This document shows positions 38,615 through 48,298 of a stretch of 64,000 nt of DNA, piece after piece. Numbering within the stretch: position 1 is the first letter of the stretch; every line of letters starts with the position of its first letter. The position numbers were made by a program, and so were the translations under genes. Source of the stretch: Eubacteriales bacterium (GTDB lineage Bacteria > Bacillota > Clostridia > Oscillospirales > CAG-272). The notes under the pieces were generated by a model. That model had not been told where the DNA came from. It ran no database searches and saw only the letters and a program-made list of their open reading frames with translations. The stretch is taken from NCBI GenBank assembly GCA_045656765.1, contig JAZORU010000017.1, positions 17,489 through 81,488 on the forward strand. The letters are read 5' to 3'.

Positions 38615-39907
38615 TTACTCAACTATGCTTTTTAATGCCTCTTTTATTTCCGAGTACATATAAAGCGAGCCCGCGCATAAAACAGGCTTGCCTTGCGCCC
38701 TTGCCGCATCTGTTGCAGCTTTTACTGCTTCCTTTGCGGTTTTGTATGCGTGAGCGCGGACACCTATATTTCGGTAAAGCTCGGCGAGCTCATCGGACGT
38801 CAGCGAGCGCGGATTTGCAGGCGTGAGTGTGAACGTCTCGCATACTACATCAGATAGCATCTTTGCCATGTCGGTGTAGTCCTTGTCAGCCATAACACCC
38901 GTCAGAAGTACGAGCTTTTCTTTGCCGAAATAATGCTTGATGCTCCTGACAGTCTCAGCTACACCCTGCGGATTGTGCGAGCCGTCAAAGAAGATAAGCG
39001 GCTCGTCGCAGAGCTTCTCGAATCTTGCCTTCCACTTCGTTTTTTTCATACCGCGTATGACCGCATCCTCACTTATTTCGTATCCAAGCTCTCGCAACAT
39101 ATCGACCGCCTCAAGCACGTTTGCCGCATTTTTCGGCTGATACAGAGAGAGCAGGGGAATCTTGATATTGCGGTGGCTCTTGTAATCAAGCGTGCTTCCG
39201 TCAATCGAACTATTGCTTACCGATAGGGCAGAGAGGTCTGTAGAATAAACGCGCGAGCCGCACTCTGCGGCTTTTTCTCTTATTACGGAATCAACATCGG
39301 CCCTGTCATTCTCTGCCGTTGCCGAGCCGATAAGTACGGGCGTGCCGCTTTTTATAATCCCCGCTTTTTCGAGTGCAATTTCCGTCACGGTATTTCCGAG
39401 GATCGCCGTATGATCGAGAGCTATTCCCGTGATTACGTCGAGCACGGGAGTTTTTATTATGTTCGTTGCATCGAGCCTGCCGCCAAGCCCCACCTCAAGC
39501 ACGACTATATCGCATTTTTCGTGTGCGAAATATAAAAGCCCTATTGCCGTTATCAGTTCGAATTCTGTCGGCGGATCAGCCATTTTATCGGCGATACGGC
39601 TCGCTTCTTCTGTAAAGCGTGCAAGTGCATCTCTGTCGATAGGAGTGCCGTTTATCATTATTCGCTCTTCAAAATATTCAATATAAGGGGAAGTGAAAAG
39701 CCCAACCTTCAGCCCTGCCTCACAGAGCACCGACGAGAGCATAGAGCAAAACGAGCCCTTGCCGTTAGTGCCGCCTACGTGCACGTATTTCAGCTTGTCC
39801 TCGGGATTGCCGAGTCCTGCGAGAAGCTCGCTTATACGTGATAGCCCCGGTCTGCTTCCTCGCCAGTCGGTTGCGTGTATATATTTTAGTGCCTGTTCGT
39901 AAGTCAT
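38615..39907 (-). CDS. folC: Folylpolyglutamate synthase/dihydrofolate synthase
   Basis: HVGGTNGKGS, FTSPY, EVGLGGRLDATN, DGSHNP, AGSLY. Confidence 0.95.
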   Translation of the reverse strand: MTYEQALKYIHATDWRGSRPGLSRISELLAGLGNPEDKLKYVHVGGTNGKGSFCSMLSSVLCEAGLKVGLFTSPYIEYFEERIMINGTPIDRDALARFTEEASRIADKMADPPTEFELITAIGLLYFAHEKCDIVVLEVGLGGRLDATNIIKTPVLDVITGIALDHTAILGNTVTEIALEKAGIIKSGTPVLIGSATAENDRADVDSVIREKAAECGSRVYSTDLSALSVSNSSIDGSTLDYKSHRNIKIPLLSLYQPKNAANVLEAVDMLRELGYEISEDAVIRGMKKTKWKARFEKLCDEPLIFFDGSHNPQGVAETVRSIKHYFGKEKLVLLTGVMADKDYTDMAKMLSDVVCETFTLTPANPRSLTSDELAELYRNIGVRAHAYKTAKEAVKAATDAARAQGKPVLCAGSLYMYSEIKEALKSIVE

Positions 39908-39935
39908 ACTCTTATAATCTTCCTATATTTGCCCG

Positions 39936-40460
39936 CTATCTGCGGACGTATTTGGTTTTCATTATTGCCGACAGAATTACCGCTTCACAAAGCGAGATCA
40001 TAATATAAAGCGGCAGGCGCCATATAAGCACCTCGATGCCGTAACCGAAAAAGACGTGAAGTCCGATGCTTTTAACTATCATACTGCCGATAATATGCGA
40101 CAGGAAAACGCATGACCACACGACTGCGGTGCGGTTTTTGTTTTTGAATATAATCGAGAAAACACCGGGGATAAAGCCCATAAGTGCCGCCCCTGCCGAT
40201 ATTATCGGATTGAGCGCAGGATTTGGCGAGGTGACACAGCTTATGGTGTCAGAGAGAATACCTGCGCCCGCTCCCACCCAAGGTCCGAAAAGCAGGCCCG
40301 AGAGTATGATCGGCATATTTTCAAATGTTACGCGTATAACGCCGAAGAAGGTTAGATACGTCTTGCATACCCATCCTATTCCTACGCTGAGAGCAACGAG
40401 AAGTCCGACCGCGCAGACTGTTTTTGTGCTGAGTCTTTTCTTTTTTCTTTCTTTTTGCAA
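39936..40460 (-). CDS. folT: Folate ECF transporter S component
   Basis: Hydrophobic S-component pattern (RVTFENMPIILSGLLFGPWVG); TTG start after AAAGGAGG; behind a THF riboswitch, upstream of folC. Confidence 0.85.
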   Translation of the reverse strand: MQKERKKKRLSTKTVCAVGLLVALSVGIGWVCKTYLTFFGVIRVTFENMPIILSGLLFGPWVGAGAGILSDTISCVTSPNPALNPIISAGAALMGFIPGVFSIIFKNKNRTAVVWSCVFLSHIIGSMIVKSIGLHVFFGYGIEVLIWRLPLYIMISLCEAVILSAIMKTKYVRR

Positions 40461-40537
40461 AATAAAAAACCTCCTTTCCCGTAATTCACTCGGAAAAAGA
40501 GGATAGCACCGCGTGAGCGGTGTGACACTTGTCCTTA

Positions 40538-40636
40538 TGAAGCGGGATGCAGAACAGACACCGCAAGAAAAAACTTTTCGTTCACCTGACAACTCCCCGT
40601 TCAAGTGACACTTTACGCGCCTGTCCTTACTCTTCT
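40538..40636 (-). ncRNA. THF (tetrahydrofolate) riboswitch
   Basis: Minus strand AGAGTA...GCGTAAAGTG...GAACGGGGAGTTGTC...AACGAA...GCGGT...GCATCCCGCTTC follows the THF consensus; upstream of folT-folC. Confidence 0.9.
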
Positions 40637-40824
40637 TAATTATTATGCTTTAGATTATAGCACCCTATACCGCCGTTGTCAACATAATATAAGGCAATTT
40701 TAGCGTTTTTACTCAAAAACTCGGTAAAAATACAACCTTCTTGCTTTGTTGACATATAGAGCTTTGATATGTATAATATTTAAAAGACCAATTTTTAAAA
40801 GGTAAACGCTCAGAGGTGTATTTT

Positions 40825-42504
40825 ATGCGTGCGGCAATCTATCAGATAAATTCTAAATATATACACTCGTCCCTTGCATCGTGGTATCTTTGTGCCGCTG
40901 TGGGTGAGGTGTGTGACACGGTCGTGCTTGAAGGAAGCATCAACGAGCGCGATGAAGCTCTTTTTGAGAGAATAGCTGATTCAAGCTGCGACGTTGTTTG
41001 TTTCTCTGCTTATATATGGAATATTGATACAGTCCTTCGCCTGTGCGAGATTACAAAGCATTATGATCCATCAGTCAAGGTTATCCTCGGAGGTCCCGAG
41101 GTCGCGTACAGGGCAGGTGAAGTGCTTGAGAGTTGCCCTTGCGTTGACTACGTTATAAGCGGCGAGGGGGAAGTGCCTCTTTCGCGACTGCTTTCCGCTT
41201 TGTCAGACGGCAAGAGCGAGAGGGTGGAGGGTGTTAGCGGACGGGACGCGGAAGAAATATATATATCCGAGCCCTACGTTATGGAATGCGACCCGCCAAA
41301 CCCGTATACAGATGCATACTTTGATTCGCTTCACTCGCGTATATCCTATATTGAAACGAGCAGAGGGTGTCCCTTTTCCTGCGCTTTTTGCCTTTCTGGA
41401 AGACAAAAGCTTCGCTTTTTTGACGTTGAGCGTTCGAAGAGTGATATACTTAAATTAGCCAAAAGCGGCACGAGCACGGTCAAATTCGTTGACCGTACCT
41501 TCAACGCTGACCGCCGCCGTGCCGTTGATATCCTCAGCTTTATCATAGAAAAACACGCCTCGGGCGAGATTCCCGACGGCGTTACTTTTCACTTTGAGAT
41601 CTCGGGTGCTCTTGTAGACGATGCTTTTCTCAGCATTGTGAAAAAAGCACCGGCAGGACTCTTTCAGTTTGAGATAGGGGTGCAGAGTATGAACGAAAAC
41701 ACCCTTCGTGCCATAAACCGCACGCCCGAAACCGAGAAGCTCTGCCGCGTGATACGCGAGCTATCTTCTTTTGGAAACGTACATATCCATACCGACCTTA
41801 TAGCAGGCCTTCCTCACGAGGATAAAGAAAGCTTCAAGGCATCGTATAATAAGCTGTATGCTCTGGGCTCTCATAAGATCCAGCTCGGTTTTCTGAAGCT
41901 TCTTTGGGGCTCGGATATGGTAGAGAGGCGAGAGCTTTATCCGTGCGAGTACGAGAGCTCAGCGCCTTACAAGGTAAAGAGCACCCCGTGGCTCTGCGAG
42001 GATGATATGTGCGAGCTTGAGATAGTCGAGCGAGCAAACGACGGAATTTTCTTTAGCGGCAGATTTGAGCGCACGGTGAGATACCTGCTTTCTGTAACAG
42101 GGAAAACACCGTATGATCTGGCATATTTTTTAGGGCGCGAGCTTTATGGTGAAAACAGCTTGCCGCTTGATACTCTCTTTTGCCGTCTGTATGAAGCCGT
42201 TTCAAAAGAGGACGGTGTGGATGCAGCAAGACTTCGCGATATTATGCTTTGCGACAGAATAGAGAAAAATAACAGCTGCGTTATTCCGAAGGCACTGAAA
42301 ATTTCTGACGTGCGGCTAAAGCGTTTCTCGCAAAAGATAGATATGCTCTACCCGAGAAAACGGAACGTGCGCCGCTCGGTCGGGATTTTGTATACCGAAG
42401 GTAAGGTTATTTTTGCCGACTACGAAAACCCGCATCCCGTGACAGAGAAGTATACTTTGCGCAGTATTGAAATTTGTGATTTGGAGACGAATGATGAAGT
42501 TTGA
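40825..42504 (+). CDS. B12-binding radical SAM protein (DUF4080-type C-terminus)
   Basis: NSKYIHSSLA, FSAYIWN, LGGPEV, ETSRGCPFSCAFCLS, FVDRTFN. Confidence 0.88.
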   Translation: MRAAIYQINSKYIHSSLASWYLCAAVGEVCDTVVLEGSINERDEALFERIADSSCDVVCFSAYIWNIDTVLRLCEITKHYDPSVKVILGGPEVAYRAGEVLESCPCVDYVISGEGEVPLSRLLSALSDGKSERVEGVSGRDAEEIYISEPYVMECDPPNPYTDAYFDSLHSRISYIETSRGCPFSCAFCLSGRQKLRFFDVERSKSDILKLAKSGTSTVKFVDRTFNADRRRAVDILSFIIEKHASGEIPDGVTFHFEISGALVDDAFLSIVKKAPAGLFQFEIGVQSMNENTLRAINRTPETEKLCRVIRELSSFGNVHIHTDLIAGLPHEDKESFKASYNKLYALGSHKIQLGFLKLLWGSDMVERRELYPCEYESSAPYKVKSTPWLCEDDMCELEIVERANDGIFFSGRFERTVRYLLSVTGKTPYDLAYFLGRELYGENSLPLDTLFCRLYEAVSKEDGVDAARLRDIMLCDRIEKNNSCVIPKALKISDVRLKRFSQKIDMLYPRKRNVRRSVGILYTEGKVIFADYENPHPVTEKYTLRSIEICDLETNDEV

Positions 42505-43015
42505 TTATGAGCTTGTGCGCTCGTCGCGCAGGTCAATTTCAATTGAGATAAAGCGCGACGGCAGGATTGTCGTCCGCGCCCCTTATGCTATGAGCACGTC
42601 GGATATAGAGAAGCTTATTGATGCAAAAAGCAATTGGATAGAAAAGCATATAGAAAAAGCAAGGTCAGATACAAGACCGAGCTTTGAGCGCTATACCGAG
42701 GAAGAGATAAAAGTCCTAAAAGAAAAGGCGCGGAAAATCATACCGCCTCTTTGCGAGTATTACTCGGATATCGTTGGGGTAAAGTATTCGGGTGTAAGAA
42801 TAAACCGAGCAAGAGGACGTTTTGGCTCGTGCAACTCAAAGGGCGGGCTTAACTTTTCCTGCTTTCTTATGCTCTATCCGACAGAAGCTATTGAGTACGT
42901 GGTCGTACACGAGCTTTGCCATATACTTGAGCATAATCACTCGCGCAGATTTTACGCTCACGTCGAGAGGGTGCTGCCCGACTATAAGTCACGTCAAAGG
43001 CTTTTGAGAAGATAG
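42491..43015 (+). CDS. YgjP/DUF45 zinc metalloprotease-fold protein
   Basis: RFGSC, YVVVHELCH, HNHS..FY. Confidence 0.88.
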   Translation: MMKFDYELVRSSRRSISIEIKRDGRIVVRAPYAMSTSDIEKLIDAKSNWIEKHIEKARSDTRPSFERYTEEEIKVLKEKARKIIPPLCEYYSDIVGVKYSGVRINRARGRFGSCNSKGGLNFSCFLMLYPTEAIEYVVVHELCHILEHNHSRRFYAHVERVLPDYKSRQRLLRR

Positions 43016-43361
43016 AAACGAAAAAATGTCCTATTGTAATTTTTAAAAATAAAACCGCAAAACGAACAAAACCTCGTGCCGACAGAAAATAAACGCGTTC
43101 TGTCGGCTGTTTTTTTACCCAAAAAAGCATTAGATACGCATCTAAAGTCAAACATTTAACGAAAGCGCAACAATCTATTAGAATGTTATCTAACGCGCAA
43201 ATAACGCACGGCAAAGCCAAAAATTGAACTTTTGCACTTTTGAACGCTTTGGTTGCAATAATACGTCCGTATAACAAAGTTCCATACAAAGAAAAAACGG
43301 CTGATCATATCAGCCGTTTTTGGAATGTTGTTTTTTTCTCGTTTTTAGAGATAAAAACAAG

Positions 43362-44246
43362 CTATTTATTTACGCCGAAAACACCAATAATTATAAGCGC
43401 ACTGCATATTATCTGAGGAATTGAGAGCTGCTCTTGAAGAATAAAAATGCCCGCAAAAACCGAGATGACGGTTATCAGATTTGAAAAAGAAGCGGAGCGA
43501 ACCGAGCTTATATGGGTAGTAGAATAGTTGTAAAGAAGGAATGCAACGATCGAGGAAATGATACCGAGATAGATGATTGAAAACCAAAATTCAGAACTTT
43601 GAGCGGCACGCGACAGCTCACTGAAATAACTGCTTTGGATAACCAAAGGTGATATAATATTGTAACCCAGACACCCGGCACCGAACATAATATAGGTGCG
43701 CTCGATGGGCGAATATTCTTTTGATTCACTACGGCTGAGGATGTTGAATATCGATGCACATATAACAGCACCGAGCAAAAGAACGATACCTAAAACAGAG
43801 CTTTTTGCACCGTTATCTGACATTACGCTTATAGCCGAAACAGAAGCGAGGGATAATAAGGAAAATGCTACTTGTGACTTGGTTGGCTTTTCATTTAAAA
43901 ATGCGTTTGACAGTAAAAGCACCGCAACGGGTACGAGCGAAATTATCACGCCCGAGAGAGCACTTGACGTAAGCTCTATTCCGTATAGCTCAAAAACGTA
44001 ATACAAAAGAGGCTGGGCTACTGCCATGCATAGAATACGACGTTTGCTCTTGCCCTTGAAATCAAGCTTTATTATGCCTAAAAGCCATAGTAGATTCAGT
44101 ACTGCAAAAGCAACCGTAAAGCGTATCTGCAAGATAAGCAATGGGTGCGCGTGCCGAAGAGCTACCGTCGAGAACAGAAAGCTGAATCCGAAAATGACGT
44201 TTGTCAGTATAGCCGCAATAGTTGGAAGTATAGTTTTGTTTTTCAT
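43362..44246 (-). CDS. DMT/EamA family transporter
   Basis: About 10 TM segments, IFGFSF, QPLLYYVFELYG, LNEKP. Confidence 0.88.
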   Translation of the reverse strand: MKNKTILPTIAAILTNVIFGFSFLFSTVALRHAHPLLILQIRFTVAFAVLNLLWLLGIIKLDFKGKSKRRILCMAVAQPLLYYVFELYGIELTSSALSGVIISLVPVAVLLLSNAFLNEKPTKSQVAFSLLSLASVSAISVMSDNGAKSSVLGIVLLLGAVICASIFNILSRSESKEYSPIERTYIMFGAGCLGYNIISPLVIQSSYFSELSRAAQSSEFWFSIIYLGIISSIVAFLLYNYSTTHISSVRSASFSNLITVISVFAGIFILQEQLSIPQIICSALIIIGVFGVNK

Positions 44247-44309
44247 TTTTATCCTGTGTTTATGAGATATTAGTCAAGGATTATTATATAGGAAACGAAT
44301 GGGATTAAA

Positions 44310-44474
44310 ATGATATATCGCATACGCGATATGAAATACGGCAAAACCGTATGATATGCTTGCCATGCAAGCATGATATAATATCCGTTCCTGCATACGC
44401 GAAGCGTATATCATCTGCGAAGCAGATATCATACCCGTAGGGTATATCATCCGTTTCGACGGAACGGATATCAT
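44310..44474. repeat. Multi-hairpin element with ATGATAT / ATATCAT linkers
   Basis: Four ATGA(T/A)AT linkers then four ATATCAT linkers, separating short mostly perfect hairpins. Confidence 0.75.
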
Positions 44475-44516
44475 TGCAACCCCCTCTTTTTCCGCAAGGG
44501 AAAAGAGGGGGTTGCA
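44475..44516 (-). terminator. Long hairpin abutting the tRNA-Gly 3' end
   Basis: TGCAACCCCCTCTTTT...AAAAGAGGGGGTTGCA. Confidence 0.6.
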
Positions 44517-44590
44517 TGGAGCAGGGTACGGGAGTCGAACCCGCCTCTAAGGCTTGGGAAGCGTTTGTACTACCGATATACTAACCCTGC
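44517..44590 (-). tRNA. tRNA-Gly(CCC)
   Basis: GCAGGGT acceptor, loop TTCCCAA, GGTTCGACTCCC, TCCA end. Confidence 0.92.
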
Positions 44591-44717
44591 GTATTTGATA
44601 CGCTTATATTATAGCACCGAAACAAGAAGAATTCAACCGATATTTGAAATTTGCCGAGCTAATATTTTCTTTAAAATATGACAAAATATATTCATAAGTG
44701 AAAAAGGGGATGTTTAT

Positions 44718-45692
44718 ATGTGTACGGCAATAGCTCAATCGGCGGGGGATTTTTATTTTGGGAGAAACCTCGACCTTGACCATAGCTACGGGGAGGAGAT
44801 ATGCGTGCTTGGCAGGGAAGCACCCCTGCATTTTAAGAGAATGGGGGATATCCGAGAGCACTACGCTATTATCGGCATGGCGACGGTTGTAGACGGCACG
44901 CCTCTTTTCTATGACGGCGCAAACGAGTGCGGGCTTTGTGCGGCGGCGCTCAACTTTCCGCACAACGCGTACTATTTTAGCGAAACGGCAGGGAAGGACA
45001 ACGTCACGCCGTTTGAGCTTATTGTTTGGATTCTTTCACAGTGCAAGAGTATCGGTGAAGTAAGGGCGCTTCTTTCGCGTATGAATATAGTCGATATACC
45101 GTACAGCGACAACCTGCCGAATACCACGCTTCATTGGATAATTGCCGACAGAGAGGGCGCTTTGACGGTCGAGAGCACGCGCGACGGGCTTCGGGTATAC
45201 GAAAATCCCGTCGGCGTTTTAACTAACAACCCACCTTTTAAGTATCAACTGTTTAATCTGAATTACTACCGTACGCTCAATACAAAAAACGGAGAGAGCA
45301 GATTTGGCGGAGACTTTGATTTTGATGAATATTCGTCGGGGCTTGGCGCTATCGGTCTTCCCGGGGACGTTTCAAGCACGTCGCGTTTTGTCCGTGCCGC
45401 CTTTGCAAAAGCAAACGCGGTGAGCAGGGAAGACGAGGAAAGTGCGGTTTCACAGTTTTTTCATCTGCTTTCCTTCGTGCACGTGCCGAGAGGGATATGT
45501 ATAACCGAGCGTGACACGCTTTTTGCAACGGTGTATTCCGCCTGTATAAATGCAGATAGGGGGATATATTACTATACCACCTACGATAACAGCCAAATTA
45601 CCGCGGTAGATATGCATAGATGCGCTCTTGACTCGTCAGAGCTTTACCGCTACCCGTTAATTTTTGACGCGGTTATAAGAAAACAAAATTAA
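44718..45692 (+). CDS. Choloylglycine hydrolase family (bile salt hydrolase / penicillin V acylase)
   Basis: Ntn nucleophile Cys2 (MCTA), FGRNLDL, DGANECGL, VLTNNP, PGDVSSTSRF. Confidence 0.9.
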   Translation: MCTAIAQSAGDFYFGRNLDLDHSYGEEICVLGREAPLHFKRMGDIREHYAIIGMATVVDGTPLFYDGANECGLCAAALNFPHNAYYFSETAGKDNVTPFELIVWILSQCKSIGEVRALLSRMNIVDIPYSDNLPNTTLHWIIADREGALTVESTRDGLRVYENPVGVLTNNPPFKYQLFNLNYYRTLNTKNGESRFGGDFDFDEYSSGLGAIGLPGDVSSTSRFVRAAFAKANAVSREDEESAVSQFFHLLSFVHVPRGICITERDTLFATVYSACINADRGIYYYTTYDNSQITAVDMHRCALDSSELYRYPLIFDAVIRKQN

Positions 45693-45749
45693 AAAACGCT
45701 CGGCACAGCCGACCGTTTTTTACCTTTTCTTTTATCTTTTATCTTTTAT

Positions 45750-46874
45750 CTATATATAGACCTTTGGTACTCTCTTTGATATACCGCAGATTATTTCGTA
45801 GTTTATCGTTTGCGCGTGTCCTGCTACCTCGTCAGCCTTGATATCTCCGCCGAAAATCACGACCTTGTCTCCCATACGCACGTCATCAATGTCGGTTACG
45901 TCAATGCAGAACTGATCCATACATACTCTTCCGACGATTTTCGCTCTCCTGCCGTGCACGAGCACCTCGCCGCAGTTTGAAAGCAGCCTCGGCACTCCGT
46001 CTGCATAGCCTGCGGTTACGGTAGCTATTTTGCGCCTTGATTTTGACGTGTACGTTCTGCCGTAGTTTATCGGTGTGTCAGCCTCGACTTCCTTTACCTC
46101 GGATACGACCGAGATAAGCGACATCGCAGGACGGAAGTCCGAGGATATCGGCATATTAGCATCGGGTGAGAGTCCGTACATAATTATTCCTGCACGTACT
46201 GCGTCCGTCTCGTCTAATCCTTGCGTAAGCGTAGCTGCGGAGTTTCCGCAGTGCTTGGTTTTGAATTTAAAGCCGTCTGCTTCAAGTATTTCGACGGCTC
46301 CGAGAAAGCGTGAATATTGTGCTCTTGTAAAATCTACGTCGTCTGTATCTTCGCTGTCTGCCGATGAAAAATGCGTAAAAACACCCTCGAAATCAAGCCC
46401 GCCGAGAGAAAGAGCGTCCTTTGCTTCACCGATGCCGTCAAGAGTGTCTCTGCGGCAGTCAAAGCCAAGCCGTCCCATTCCCGTGTCGAGCTTCAGGTGC
46501 GCTTTTATTTTTTTGCCCTTGATTGCCGCCGCGTCGCTCAGCGCCTGCGCGTAGTCCTTTGAATATACGCATTGAGAAATATCCATTTCCCACAGCCGTG
46601 CGGCAACTTCAACAGGGGTGTAACCGAGAATAAGTATCGGAAGTGATATGCCAGCCGCTCTCAGTTCCTCTGCCTCAGCGATATTTGATACGGCAAATCC
46701 GCACACAACGCCGCTCTCACAAAGAGCCTTTGCCACAACAACGGCGCCGTGCCCGTACGCATCGGCTTTTACTACGGCGTAAACGTCCTTGCCGCAATGC
46801 TCCTTTACCAGCTTGCAGTTATGTACGATAGCGTCAGTATCTATTTCAGCCCAGGTCCGACATAAATAATCCAT
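45750..46874 (-). CDS. alr: Alanine racemase
   Basis: AVVKADAYGHG, DTGMGRLG, GYADG, GRVCMDQ, TINYE. Confidence 0.95.
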   Translation of the reverse strand: MDYLCRTWAEIDTDAIVHNCKLVKEHCGKDVYAVVKADAYGHGAVVVAKALCESGVVCGFAVSNIAEAEELRAAGISLPILILGYTPVEVAARLWEMDISQCVYSKDYAQALSDAAAIKGKKIKAHLKLDTGMGRLGFDCRRDTLDGIGEAKDALSLGGLDFEGVFTHFSSADSEDTDDVDFTRAQYSRFLGAVEILEADGFKFKTKHCGNSAATLTQGLDETDAVRAGIIMYGLSPDANMPISSDFRPAMSLISVVSEVKEVEADTPINYGRTYTSKSRRKIATVTAGYADGVPRLLSNCGEVLVHGRRAKIVGRVCMDQFCIDVTDIDDVRMGDKVVIFGGDIKADEVAGHAQTINYEIICGISKRVPKVYI

Positions 46875-47109
46875 ATATTTCGCCTGCCTTGTCAAAATCT
46901 CTATAACTATTTTATTATATCACATGGCATAATATAATGCAACGGTTTTTATAAAAAGGGAAGTAAAGAGTCCAAACACAACGTCTACTAACTCAATAGC
47001 CGCCCCTACGACACCTCTAAGCTCTTCATCTTGTTCTTGTATTGCGTGAGTGCTTTTAATTGTTTCTCCCCCTCTTTCGTGCTTGTGTCTATAGTGGACT
47101 CAAGTGCGT

Positions 47110-48298
47110 TTGCAAGCAAATGACGGTTTGACATACTCTTTTCCGGTCTGACGGAATATAGAAGATTTTGAGTTAATGCGTCATCTTCTCCGCTTCTATC
47201 ACTTTTTTGATTTTGTTCAGTGCTTCCTCTTCCGTCTTTGAGTTCTCCACTATCGGTATCAGCCTCTTTGCTATGTTTTCTATCTGACTCGACTCGATAT
47301 TCCAAAAAAGATTTATAGTTTCGGCACCTATGTTGTGTGAAAATTTTTTGTCCGAAAAAGTGTTCAACAATTTCAAGCGGAAGTGCACGTCTTTCTCTTT
47401 CATTTTTTAATAATGCCTCCTGTATGGTAAAAAAATGGGGTTTTAGTATAGTGTCTATCCTTACTATTTTAGTTATTTTTGGATTGGATATCGGACCTTT
47501 GACGTACATAATTACACCAAGTTTTTCTGTTGATGAAGCAATTACCGCCTCTCCGAAGCGTGTCGTTGGGTACTTGTGTTTGTTGTGCTTATAGTCCGCA
47601 TAAAGAGACAACAGTTTTTCTCTTTCTAGTGCCGTTATTACACCGTTGTAGCTCGCCCACCCAAAATTATTATACTGCTCTTCGGTATACATAGCAATAC
47701 CATTGTTGCTTTTTCTTCTTGCATGTACTGATTTTTGCACACCGCTTTGGGCGGTGTTTTTTGTTGTATAGGAAATTACGCAAAAATTTCACAAAGCAAC
47801 CCTTCGCCTTGTCATCCTTGAGCGAAGCGAAGGATCTTAGGGCGAGCATAGAGTAACGATACTCTCCCCTCCCGCCAAGATTCTTCACTCCACTGCGTTC
47901 CGTTCGAGAATGACGGCGGGGTTGGAACTTTGCGGAGTGCGCTTCTGCGCACTTTTTTATTTTCGGTCTTGACATCTTTATTAGAAGATGGTAAAATGCT
48001 TTTAGACGCAGAATTGATGGGCAGACCAACACTATTTTTTAATGGTGCTACTGCCGTTGTAGATTCTGCGTTTTTTTGTTTCTTTCAAATGAGCAAATAC
48101 ATTATTTGAAAAAGTATCTTTAAAAATATCCTTGACATCATACAACAAATCTGCTATGCTATATTCAAATAGGCTTCTTGTCGTAAGGCTTCCTTTGTTT
48201 TTAGGTCCCCGAGCGTTGAAAGAGTCTATTTTTTTGTTGTGCCATTGCAAGCAAATGACGGTTTGACATACTCTTTTCCGGCCTGACGGAATATAGAA
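47110..48298. repeat. 54-bp direct repeat pair (47110-47163 and 48245-48298, one mismatch)
   Basis: TTGCAAGCAAATGACGGTTTGACATACTCTTTTCCGG(T/C)CTGACGGAATATAGAA. Confidence 0.92.
47811..47914. repeat. REP-like palindromic element (GTCATCC..GAGCGAAGCGAAGGATCT / AGATTCTTC..GAATGAC type)
   Basis: Imperfect terminal inverted repeats GTCAT...ATGAC with inner GAAGGATCT/AGATTCTTC. Confidence 0.7.

Noticed and set aside
40461-40604. N-terminal extension of the 222-aa folT ORF
   Set aside because: It overlaps the THF riboswitch; the real start is TTG 40460 behind a strong SD
44310-44474. Possible mini-CRISPR array
   Set aside because: The constant units are only 7 bp, the spacers are short self-complementary hairpins, and there are no cas genes
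47110-48298. 54-bp repeat as a CRISPR repeat or attL/attR pair
   Set aside because: Only two copies 1.1 kb apart, protein-coding in character, with no integrase or tRNA similarity
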